Assembly (NCBI GenBank): GCA_043228905.1
Contig: JBHGNT010000020.1
Coordinates: 7,936,001 to 8,000,000 of the forward strand
Direction: 5' to 3'
Length of the DNA: 64,000 bases
Source: Azolla caroliniana
Lineage: Eukaryota; Plantae; Polypodiophyta
Within the stretch, counting starts at the first letter, position 1. Every line of letters starts with the position of its first letter. The translations under genes were made by a program, and so were the position numbers. Under the pieces are notes generated by a model that searched no databases, was not told the origin of the DNA, and saw only the letters and a list, made by a program, of their open reading frames with translations. Below are positions 11,689 through 22,675 of this stretch, one piece after another.

Positions 11689-14600
11689 TCAGTCTTCCTC
11701 CAAAATATCGAGCACACTCTGCTCGATGGTGTCAAGTGGTGCTCCTTCCTCCTGTTCCTATTCCTTGCCTGCCTGGTCTCCGACCTCCGGTTGGGTGGGC
11801 TGTTCCGTAAAAATTTGCTGCTCCGGCTCTGCTTGATTCTGTGGTGCCGGTGCTTCCTCACCGCTTCGTCCGGGTTCTTCCTGTTCTCCCTCCGTTCCTG
11901 GCTCTGTTCTGTTACCGGTGTCGCTTTCTCCGGTCTCGACTGGTCGACTTGATATGCCTCCTTCCTCTGCTCTGGTGTCTTCCGGTCTCAGCTCTTCTTC
12001 TTCTTCGGCATCGGTCTGCTCCTGCTCTTCTTCAAGTTCGTCTTCGGGTATTCCTCGTCGGGGTTGTTCGGTGTCGGTTGGTTCATCTTCAGCCGGTCGC
12101 GTTCCCTCACCAATAGTGGTTGGTGTCGTTCTTCCCTTAGCTTCCTGTCGTAACCGGTCCTGCTCGTATCTCTCCAACTCCAATTGAGTTGCGAGCTGCC
12201 CGTCATCCAACCTCTCTACCAACCCTCGGATTTCTTTGAGATGTTCTTCCGCTAAAGTGTAGAAATCTTCCGACAATTCTTCCTGAATGGCGATGATACT
12301 TTCCTCATCCATCTTGTAGAACTTGTCACCGGTCTTCCTCCGATTCTCGGCATCCGCTCGGAGTGTCTGCAGCTCGGCTGCCTGTTGTGACCACTCCTTC
12401 CATAGCTTTTCCGTACTTTCGTTGATGCTTGCCTGAGCTCGGGTACTCCATCCTGACATGATGAGCTTGATCCGGTCAACCCCTGCCTTAGCATGCGCAT
12501 AAGCTTCCTGTTTTTCCTTCCTTGCCTGTTTTATAATGTCGGCCATTATCTGAGCATGGGCCTCGTAATCCGCTTTCTGCTTTTCATAGGTACTTTGCAG
12601 TTTGCTGATCGTGAAGGTCGATTTTTCCTTTTCTTCATTCCTGATCTTGGTCAGGTCCAGCTTTTCCCGCCTTAGCGCCTCTAATTCCTTCCTTCTCTCC
12701 GTTGCTTGGGCTATTTCCGCCGACAATGCTTCCTTGTTGGCACTGACCTCATCCATTGCCTTAGCCAGGTCTAATCGGGTCTCTTTGAGCTGTTCTTTCA
12801 GCTTCTCTATTTGCCGGTCGTAGTCTGCTGCCCGTTTTTTGTTGTCCGACTCGGCCTGCTTGTGATCTCGGTAGAGACGGTCGAAGTCCTCCGTCTTCTG
12901 CTTCAGGCGTCGGTTTGCCTGAGCTCTTAACCGATCGTCCCGGTCCTTCTGTTGTCGGAGTTCTTCCTGCAGTCGTTCTATCTCTTGCTCGGCATGTCGA
13001 CGCAGTCGGTCCTTCTCCTTTTGCAGCTTCTCTTTTTCTTCTTGCAGTCGGTCATTAGCGGCTCGACCTTTCCGGAGGCCTTCTTCCATTTTTCGTCTGT
13101 CATCCTCCACCGCTTTCCGCTGCTCCCTTTCTCTTTCCCTTAATGCCTCCTGAGCTTTTAACTCCTCTCGTAAGGTTTCTATTATTTTTTCGGTCTCAGG
13201 GCCGGTTTGCAAGGCTACCGGTTCTGGTTCTGGTTCTGGTTGCTTCCTTGTTGTCCCGACCGGCTCGATGACAACTTGTGCTTGTTGAATTCCTTCCCTT
13301 GCCTGCAACAGCTCCCCTTGCATTTCCTCGATCTGTGTTCGGAGCGCGACCAACTCCTGAGTTGTTGTATGTGTCAGCTGTTGCCTACACGTTTCTTCTT
13401 TTTCTAACTGGTCCGCTACTCCCGATAACTGCTCCGAAAGCCATCTCAGCCATTGTGGCTTTGTTCTTCCTGTGTCGGGGTGGCCTTGCTCACTTAACTC
13501 GGGCTGTTTTTCCAGCCTCTTCTCTGGCTCCGGCTCCGGCGCTTGTTCCTTCTTCTTCTCTGGGATGACCGGTTCTCTGAAGTTCGGCCCAACCGGTGTC
13601 AGTGCTGCTTCCCTCGGTACGGGTTCCGGTGCTGTTTCCGCCTCGGCTACTGGAGATGGTCCTTGTGCCCTCTGCTGAGTTCTGTCCACTGGTGGAGCCG
13701 GTCCTTTCGCCCGTTTCTCCCGACCTTGTCTTGCTGGGAGTCTTACCAGTGGTTCGGATGAGTCTTCTGTTTCAGCTTCCTCCTTCGGTGCGGTTACTAG
13801 ACGGACCTTTTGTATAAAGACCTCTGGTTCCGGTTCCGGCCGTCGCAGCGTTATATGGATTGGTTTGCGCGCTACCGGTTCCTCCTCGGCCGATTTCCCT
13901 TTGCCTTTACCTGCCGGTTTTGCCTTTGTTGCCGATTCCTGTTGCTGTCGGGATGATCCTTCCCCCTGTTGTTCTGCTTCTTGCTGGGTCCATCCGGGGG
14001 TGTGTTTCTCCAAGATCTGTCGGCGCTTTGTGACCTTTTTCGGCGTCGTCTCCTGCCGACCTCTTTTCTTTTGTGTGATGGGGAGCACCGGTGGGACTAA
14101 CACTGTTAGCCATTGTGCTATCCCGGCCCATGGCTTTTTTCCTTCCACAAGATTTTTGATGGCCTCCTTCAATCCTTCGGTTATGAAATGGAGCCAGTCT
14201 ATTTGTAAGCCTTTGTACGCTGCTATTAAGAACGCTGCCCGGTACTTGGCTATGGCCGGGGGACGGGGATCCACGAATCCGTATTCCATCATGGCGCGGG
14301 CCACTTCTCCGAACAGCAGGTTCTCTCCGCCCTGCGTTCGATACGCCTTGCTGTTGATAGAGTACTCCCCGAAATATTCGAACAGGATTTCACTTGAAGG
14401 GTTTTCGATTGTTTGAAGTCCTCCTGCTTTTATCCCCGTGAGCGCCTGCACCGCTCCTTCTGTGACTTCTGATATATCGATCGATGCAGCCGCCTGCTCT
14501 GGTTCTGCGTGTGGTGGAGCGTCGGCGATCCGCAGCAATCCTTTTAACCCGTTCTCCCTCATCCATTGGCGTGCCTCTTCCGACAGTACCATTGTTTCGA

Positions 14601-14793
14601 ATTCTTCTTCTGCTGCCTGTTGTTCGGGATCGCGCTGTGTGTGCTCTGTGCGTCGGGTCGCTCTTCTGTGCTTCTGCGCCTGTATGTAGGAAAATTCGTA
14701 AAAAGTGAGCCCTTCGCAGGCCTGTGTCTTATATAGTGGGTTGTGCCTCGAGCCGCCCTTTTTCGTTTCCCGCGCATGTTCCTCTCCCGCCAT
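11689..14793 (-). CDS. 3' extra ORF of Gypsy A (~1000 aa): helical N-domain, Pro/Glu linker, long coiled coil, acidic tail; one premature TAG at 11758; start codon uncertain
   Basis: ORF 11758-14856 is colinear with Gypsy B 54418-57129. Reading through the TAG gives DTIEQSVLDILEED*, matching ETLEQSILDNLGEQ* in B. No transmembrane segment is evident. Confidence 0.8.
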
Positions 14794-15006
14794 AATTAGT
14801 ATGTCCTTTCTTGTTTGCCGCGTGTGAGTGCCCACGTTCCATGCTTTAAATAGCAAGTACGCGCACGTCCTTCTTTAATGCATGGCGCCTCTTCGTTGCA
14901 TGGTGGTGCTCCCACCTCTTGTGATCTCCCCATCATTACTATGATTCGCGTCGATTTTGCCCACGTCTTCTTTTTTTTTTTCTTTTTTTTTTTTGTTTGG
15001 ACCACG

Positions 15007-18000
15007 TCATTTGCTGGTCCCCCCCGATTTGTTCGGGTCAGTTCGTGTGGATACCGGATCCTTCTGTCGGTTTTCCGGGATAGTCTTCGTCAGTATCGGT
15101 GTCGGTTCTTCCTCGGTCCGGATTTCCGGGTTTCGCTTGAACGGGTTGGCTGGCATATTTCCCTTATACGGCTTTAGCCGAAATCCATTTGCCCACTTGC
15201 CGATGACATCTCCAGACAACATGCCGAGCTGATACGAACCATTGTACTCCTTGGTGATCCAGAACGGTCCGGTCCATCGAAACCGCAACTTTCCCGGCAT
15301 GTTCCCCATCCGTGTCTGGAATAGTAGTACCGGTTTCCCGACTTCGAACTCCTTTTCATTGCCACGCCGGTGTCGGTCCACGAAGGCTTTTCTCCTCCTT
15401 TGCTCCAGTTCGAGTTGTAGTAAGCTGGCTATTCGGTTTTCCTCTAATTCCAACAACGTCGCCAGCCGGATCCGTTCGGACTCGCTCTCACTTAAGCGCT
15501 CCTTCACCTGAATCCGTAAGCTGGGGATCTGGAACTCTACCGGCATGACCGCTTCTAACCCGAATGCTAGTCGGAACGGGGTTGTCCGAATGCTGGTTTT
15601 GTACGTTGTTCGGTACGCCCATAGCGCGCTTTGCAATTTCGTATCCCAGTCGGTCCGGTTCTCGTTGACGATTTTTCGTCGGATGTTCTGCAAAGTTTTG
15701 TTCGTTGATTCTGCTAGTCCATTGGCTTGAGGGTAGTAGGGAGTACTCTTTTTATGTACCACCGCGTAAAATGACGTCAGGCTTTCTACTACCTGCCCGA
15801 GAGAATGTCCTCCTTGGTCACTTATAAGCTCGATCGGGCATCCATACCGGCACCATATACACTCGTACAGAAACTTTGCCGTGGACGCGGCCGAGTTGTC
15901 CCGTAAGGCCTTTGCTTCTACCCATTTGGTGCAATAGTCGCGTCGACGAAGACGTGAAAGCTTTTACTCCAATCCGGCGGTTGCACCACCGGAGCTTGCG
16001 ACAGCATAACCTTCAACGCTTTGTAGGATTCCTCCTCTGTCTCCGCCCATAGGAAGGGTACCCTATGTACGGCGGTATGTAACGGTGTAGCGAAGTCTTC
16101 GAGGTGCCGTATCATCCGGCTATGCCACCTTATTTGGCCCAGGAACCGGCTTAAAGCCTTTGCGTTACTTGGTGCTGGTGCCTCGAGAATCGCCTTGACT
16201 TTATCCGGATCTACCGCGATTCCTTCCTTACTCACCACGTGCCCTAGTAAGTTGCCGCTTGCCACTCCAAAGATGCACTTGGCCGGGTTCAAGCTCAATC
16301 GGTACTCGCGGCACTTCTCCAAGCACAGCCGGAGGTGATCGAGATGCTCTCCGTGCCGGCTGTAGACCGCGAAATCGTCAAGGAAGACCTGCATGAAACC
16401 GGGGATATATTCCCCGAAAATTTCCATTATTATCCTTTGAAAGGTCGTTGGAGCCGTCTTTAGTCCGAACATCATCACGACCGCGACGAACACTCCCCAT
16501 TCCGTCACGAACGTTGTCTTCTCCTGGTCGGCCGGGTTCATTCGTATTTGGTTGTAGCCGCTAAATCCATCCAGGAAGCTGTAAACTTCGTGGCCGGCTA
16601 CCGCATCTAACACCCCGTCCGTAAATGGTAGTGGAAACGCATCGGTCACAGTTGCGGCATTTAGTTTTCAGTAGTCCACGCATACCCGGATTTTGCCGTT
16701 CTTTTTCGGGACCACCACTATCGGACTCAGCCAGGTTGCCTGCTTGACCGGTCGGATAAATCCGACCCGGAGGAGCTTATCAATTTCCTCCTTCACCTTT
16801 GCCGCATAATTCGGATTCATCCGGTACCTGCGTTGAGCGATCGGTTTCGCGTCCGTACTTAGGTGAATTTGGTGCTGATAGAGCTGGGGGTCCAGCCCTC
16901 GCATGTCTTCGTACGACCACGCGGACACATCCTTGAAGTCTGTTAATAATGCTACCATTGCCTTCTTTTCTTCCTTCGGCAATTCCTTTGTAACATTTAC
17001 CGGTCGGGGCTTGTTTGTTGTGCCGAGGTCCACCTCCTCGAGTTGGGATGCTTTTACCCTCTGGGATATCGTCATTTCCCTCTCTAGGGATTCCTGCGCT
17101 TGTCGCAGTTCCCGGATCGCCGCTTGGTCCGGTTCTTCCGGCGTCGCAATGTACGGTTCTACTGCCGCCGTGATATCTACCTCAAATAGTGAGACGATTC
17201 GTGGGTGTTCCTCGAGGTACCGCTCGACTTCCTCGTCCGGTAATCCCTCCAACATGTTAATGCTTTCCGCATACAATGGAGTTGCTTCCTTACTGGTGAT
17301 CACCCGTGGTTGCGTCGTTACTCGTACCTTTGTTTTCCCTCGCCGGAATGTGATCTTGTTCTTTTGCCAGTTCTGCTTGATATGCGCCGTTCACAGCCAT
17401 GGTCGTCCTAGCAGTAGGGGGTACGCGCCTTGTACATTCAACTGCAGCACCACGGCCGATATCCGGAATACGTGGCCTCCGATCGTTACTTCCAAATCTC
17501 GGATAAGCCCGGTCGGTCGGACTGAGCTAGTATCCGCCATGCGTAACCAGAAGGGGCATGGTTCCCATTCCCGGATGCCCAGGTCGTTGCATGTCTGTTG
17601 GCTGATGACATTTACCCCGGAGCCTCCGTCAATAATCGTTCCAGCAATTTCCTTTCCTTTCATGATTGCCGTGATTGCCGGGCTACTTGTATCGACCACC
17701 GCTGGTCCTTCCTCCGGGTTGGAGAAGAATGCCGGTGCTAGCGTCGGCTTCGGTTTGCTGACGGATGCCTGTAGGTCTGCCGTAAATCGTGGCACTAACT
17801 GTAGTAGTCGTGCTAACGGCAGCACGATTTGACAGTCCTGTAGCGCTTGCCACGTCGGGTTTTCTCCTAACTGTATGATTTCTTCGTCTTTTGGCATATT
17901 TTGGTCTCTTACTTCTGCCGCATTCTGTTCATTGGCCTCCTTGATCCATTGTGTCGCTTGTTTTCTGATTGCCTCCTAGGCTTCCCACTCGGCGGTCTTT

Positions 18001-19965
18001 CCCTTTGACCGGGTTGTGACCTGCTCTACTTCTGTTATTTCGGATGTAACCATGTTGACTTCCGGCTGCTTGTCATAGCTTTTGATTGGGCATTGGTTAC
18101 TATAGTGGCCTTCCTTACGGCAGTAATAACAGTACACCTTGTGACTGTTGCTCGTTTCTCCTTTGTCCCCGGTTTGGAGGGTGGGTATGCTCCGGCGGTC
18201 GTTTTCGTTTCTTCGGTTATCCGGTACCGATACCGGGTTGTCATTCCTTGCTGCCTCCCGATGTTCCTCTCTTCGGAAAAATCCACGCTTCTGATTTCGT
18301 CGGAAATTTCGGTTCCCTTGTCGCCTCTCTTCTCTGCGTCGGTCGTATTCCGGGGATTCGTCTCGGTCGTACCGGTCCCGGGGGTAGCTATCTTTGCGTC
18401 TCTCCTCTCGGTCATAGTTGTCGCGTCTTCTATCAGCGTATCCTTGTCGCCTCTCTTCTCTGCGTCGGTCGTCTTCCGGGGATTCGTCTCTGTCGTACCG
18501 GTCCCGGGGGTAGCTATCTCTGCGTCTCTCCTCTCGGTCATAGTTGTCGCGTCTTCTATCAGCGTATCTGTTACCGCGTTCGCATTGGTAGCGGTCGTCT
18601 CTCCGGAATCGATCCTCGTCCGGGTTCTGATTGCGCGGTTCTATGTGTCGAACCAGTGCTGCCTGCCGATTTAACAGGTTATATTCGCATCGGTCCGTTG
18701 TATGGGCTCGAGAGTTGCAGATCACACATTGTGTCCGCAGGGTGTAGTCTACTGTTGAGTGCCCCGAATTTAGGCATGTTGTACATTGTAAGGCCTGTCG
18801 GAACCTCAGGTCTTCCTCCTTTGGGAGTGCCCGATGTAACATCCCCATTGACAAGAAGGGGCTAGTCTTGTCCATTTCTAAAACCCGATCAATAACTTGG
18901 TCTGGTTTGGAAATCAAGGACTCCGCACATTGTTCGAAGTGGCTCTTTCAGTACGGCCAAAAAGACTGCTTTGGCTTCGTCTTCGGGTGGTGCTCTTGTC
19001 AGTTGGCTGTGCAGGGTCTGGAACCGAATGATGAATTGTGGCACAATCTCGTTCTCTTCCTGCCGGGTGGTGTAGAACTGCCCGACCAATTCCCTTTGCT
19101 CAAATTGTCTGTGAAAAAACCTGAGGAATCTGGCCTTCAAGGCATCGAATGTGGCAAAGCTGCCCGATAAGTGCTTTGCGTGTCATCGGGCCGCCGGTCC
19201 TTCTAAGGTTATGCCGAATTCGGCGACTTTGGATCGTTCGGCTTCGGGCTCCGTCAGTCTTTGGGAGATATGGTTGGCTTCCCATGTTTGGAGGAATGCC
19301 TACACGTGTGCCTCCGCGTCGGCCTCATCCCGGTACTTTGGGTATGGGTACGGCATCGTGTCATCCAATTGACTCTCCTGTTTCCTCTGCTCTCTGTCCG
19401 CTGTTGGCATTGGTGTGAGAACCTTTGGTTCCTCCGCGGGTGTTGCCGGTGTCCGGTCCGTTGGTTCCTCCGCGGGTGTTGTCGGTATCCGCTCCTTCGG
19501 TTCCTTCGCGGTTGTTGTCGGTATCCGGTCAGCCTTCCTCGGCGATTGCCAGTCACCGAATTCCAGGGTTATTTCTTCCTCTGGTGCCGGTGTTACGGAG
19601 TCTTCCGACCCCTCGTCCTCCCAGTCGTTTGGTGTGTCGTGGCTGCTTTTATACCGAGACGCAACGCTTCCGTCGCTTTCCGACTCCGCCTCAAGTGTTG
19701 CGAATGCTTCCGAGTCCCCGTCGCCCGCAGCGAGCGTCTGCAGTATCGTTTCCGCCTCTTGCAGGCTTGTTATGCTACTGCCTTCGTCGGGGATTTGCAG
19801 AACCCGGAACTGCAGTGCTTCTTCTGTGACTCTCCGAAGAGTTTTGGAGAATGACCGATCCCGCTGGATCTCGTCGACGGCTTGATGCAGGGCTTCCCGT
19901 CGTTGCTCGCGTTCGGTGTATCGTCTCCCTCGTTCGGTGATGTGGTCGTCGTTTGGTCTAGACAT
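15007..19965 (-). pseudogene. gag-pol of Gypsy A (stops/frameshifts; RNase H and integrase Zn finger deleted at ~15940)
   Basis: CCHC knuckles, IIDGGSGVN protease, FLDD RT and PQANGLAE integrase; FHVFVDA is joined directly to the integrase core. Confidence 0.92.
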
Positions 19966-20001
19966 CCATCCCCCGATTGTCCTCTGCACTTTGCAGGAAT
20001 C

Positions 20002-20011
20002 GTGGTCGCCA
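20002..20011 (-). other. Primer-binding site, tRNA-Arg-like (TGGCGACCAC)
   Basis: Lies 6 nt inside the LTR end and is identical in Gypsy B. It is complementary to a ...GTGGTCG-CCA tRNA 3' end as in plant tRNA-Arg(UCG). Confidence 0.7.
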
Positions 20012-20017
20012 AAATAG

Positions 20018-20497
20018 TGTTGTCTGTCTAGCCGGACTAGCCTCAACACAGGTGTCTATCCGACACTTCTCCAAAGGGGTGGTAAGGATTGGATGCTAGG
20101 TTACACGCGTAAGATGATTACAATTAAGCACAGACGGTAAACAATACGAGATACAGATAAACACGCCGCCAAAATAGTGTTGTCTGTCTAGCCGGACTAG
20201 CCTCAACACAGGTGTCTATCCGACACTTCTCCAAAGGGGTGGTAAGGATTGGATGCTAGGTTACACGCGTAAGATTATTACAATTAAGCACAGACGGTAA
20301 ACAATACGAGATACAGATAAACACGCCGCCAAAATAGTGTTGTCTGTCTAGCCGGACTAGCCTCAACACAGGTGTCTATCCGACACTTCTCCAAAGGGGT
20401 GGTAAGGATTGGATGCTAGGTTACACGCGTAAGATGATTACAATTAAGCACAGACGGTAAACAATACGAGATACAGATAAACACGCCGCCAAAATAG
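20018..20497 (-). repeat. Three extra 160-bp copies of the LTR U5 end plus partial PBS
   Basis: tgttgtctgtctagcc starts at 20018, 20178, 20338 and 20498, each preceded by cgccaaaatag. Confidence 0.95.
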
Positions 20498-20884
20498 TGT
20501 TGTCTGTCTAGCCGGACTAGCCTCAACACAGGTGTCTATCCGACACTTCTCCAAAGGGGTGGTAAGGATTGGATGCTAGGTTACACGCGTAAGATTATTA
20601 CAATTAAGCACAGACGGTAAACAATATGAGATACAGATAAACACGCAATAATTACTATTGTATTACTTTCCGTCCCCTTTACAAATCATCGGATCCTTTT
20701 ATAGGCATCCGGCAAGGTTACAATCTGTGCGCTTAGGCAACCGACATCCGAATCGGTCCGGATCCGGATCGGTACAACTGTACCGGATCCGTCCCTCCAA
20801 ATAATAATTCTACTATTATTTACTTCCTATTATCTGATCCGATTCCGCCTTCCCACTTGTCCTTGCTCTTCTGATCGGCCAACA
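20498..20884 (-). repeat. 5' LTR of Gypsy A
   Basis: 387 bp, followed by TSD AAACA. Confidence 0.95.
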
Positions 20885-21341
20885 AAACAGAGAATTGAAG
20901 GTGGAGTGAGAGAGCGAAACAGAAAGAAAGAAAGAAACACAGATTCAAAGCTGGAGTGAGAGAGAGAAAGAGAGAGATAGGGAATAGATATGTGTCGTCT
21001 TTCTAACTTTCTGCCTCTGTCTGTCTGACGACTTCGAGACAGAAGAGAGAGAGAGAGAGAGAGAGAGATTGAGACTGAGATTGACCAACTATCACATTCC
21101 AAACCTTCTCCAGGTGTGCTTTCGTACAACTCTACCTAGGAGAATGAAGTTACAATTAATGTATTAAATACGGCCTTGGGACATTTCAAGTGTGACGTAT
21201 ATTATCTTTGTACATTCGAGTGTGATGTAATGAATTTGTTATTTGAAATTGAACACCATTCAATAAATGATAATTGTTTTATTTTCAATTTTTAATGTTT
21301 ATTTTCTTCCACGATTTAGTACTAAATTTTTGGCCAAAAGT

Positions 21342-21367
21342 TGGTACACCGTAGCATGCTTCGACCC
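21342..21367 (-). repeat. Right TIR of Sola2-like #1
   Basis: Ends in CCC and is followed by TACA. Confidence 0.9.
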
Positions 21368-22176
21368 TACAAGAAATGTACTTTCGGACCTCGAGATAGC
21401 AGGAGGTTCCCCTTTGGAGTGTCCACCCTCCTCATGAGAAGCTAGCATGGATGTCTTCTACGCCAAGTTGTCCAACCGAAATCATCAATCTCGAGAGCTC
21501 ATGTACATGTCGGACATTGTGTAGTACTAGTGTAGAACCACCCGAAAGGTTGAGCTCTAATATGTTCATTCAAATTATAGCGCAGTGTTGCAAGTTTCCG
21601 ACTCAAACTAAGTCAGAATGTTGGGACGATCATTGCCGAAATTGGGATCGATCAAGGGTCACGTGGTAAGATGCACTTGAATCCAAGAGCCATGTGCTTG
21701 ATTCCTCAGTCGTAATCAAAACTTCTCATTCGACGGAATTCTCTATAAACATGATGTTCAAATCATCCGTCAGTACTTTGGCTAATGACCAACATAGTTG
21801 ACCTCCTCATGTCAGCCACTCTTCTTCTTAGCTTGCTGAGCTTTATGATTCTTGGCTTTGAGAGTGCGGCCATTGGCCTTGATATGTCCAGGTTTCTTGC
21901 AATAGTTGCAGGTTCAATTATCCCGAGACTTGCTCTAGTTTTGCGTATTAGTCGTCGGTCGGGAAGAACTTCTTCCCCCACAAGTCGGTCGGTCGGTCGA
22001 ACCTTATACTGCATAGGCTAGCTTAATCATGTACGAACAGTTTCCTCCGAGTAGCTTCTGTCAAGATTGAGCTTATGACTTCGGAGTACTTCACGGCGCC
22101 AGGCGATGCGTTGCACACAATTGTGATGAAAGTTTCCCACGAAGGGGGGAGACTACTCATTAGCAACATTGCTTTC
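21368..22176 (-). pseudogene. Copia 1 continuation (protease region and gag fragment)
   Basis: KAMLLMSSLPPSWETFIT is Copia gag (UBN2-like). Removing 1799-21367 and one TACA rejoins GNLLLSRGPKVHFLY to the pre-integrase segment. Confidence 0.85.
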
Positions 22177-22387
22177 TGATAACTGTCTGTAACTGTCTGT
22201 AACTTTGGTGCCTGTTCATCTTTCCCAAAAATCGAATAAGGCGAAGTCGTTGGAGTCCCAAACAAGGATGTCTCGAAGATCGGGGTGTAGCAGTAGGTGT
22301 GTTTCTGATTGACAGAATTTCGTAGTACGGTTGATTTCTGCCTTTAGTGATGATTAGGGTTTGTGTTTCCCTTAAGTGGTTTAGGGT

Positions 22388-22460
22388 TTCAGATTACAAA
22401 TTTCAGATTACAAATTTCAGATTACAAGTTTCTAGTTACAAATTTCTAATTACAAATTTC
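22388..22460. repeat. 14-bp minisatellite (ttcagattacaaat) x~5
   Basis: Seen directly; a further copy occurs near 22568. Confidence 0.8.
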
Positions 22461-22675
22461 TTATTACTGTCGCAATGTGTTGTAATTTGGCACCAATTCT
22501 CATGACAAATTCTGATTAGGGTTTTTGATTTTTTAAGTGGTTGATTTCTGATACATGTTGAAAAGCACAGATTACAAATTTCAGATTACTGTCTCAAAGG
22601 GTTGTAATTTTGCACCAATTTCACATTAAAAATTCTGTTTTTGCACCAATTCTGATTACTGATTTTCTATTTCAG

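Larger units (their letters stand above)
11252..20884 (-). mobile_element. Ty3/Gypsy A, non-chromoviral Athila/Tat-like (OTA), with 3' extra ORF; internal RNase H deletion
   Basis: 387-bp TG..CA LTRs at 11252-11638 and 20498-20884 (about 10 differences), AAACA TSD at 11247-11251 and 20885-20889, order gag-PR-RT-INT. Confidence 0.95.
1799..21367 (+). mobile_element. Sola2-like DNA transposon #1 (~9.9 kb without the nested Gypsy), cargo-bearing
   Basis: TIRs gggtggaagcacgctacggtgtacca (1799-1824) and tggtacaccgtagcatgcttcgaccc (21342-21367) match at 24/26. A 4-bp TSD TACA lies at 1795-1798 and 21368-21371. There is an internal DDD transposase, and the element interrupts Copia 1. Confidence 0.88.

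Noticed and set aside
11758-14856. env gene or host SMC/myosin gene
   Set aside because: No transmembrane or ATPase motifs; it lies inside LTRs and has an orthologue in Gypsy B.
16903-17832. 309-aa antisense ORF (also 50616-51191, 55969-56733, 60975-61805, 18086-18865)
   Set aside because: These are shadow ORFs opposite GC-rich retroelement coding sequence, Ser-rich and without motifs.
22170-22260. Left TIR of Sola2-like #2
   Set aside because: No GGGTG-type terminus or TGTA TSD; only a short aactgtctgt duplication consistent with a deletion scar.
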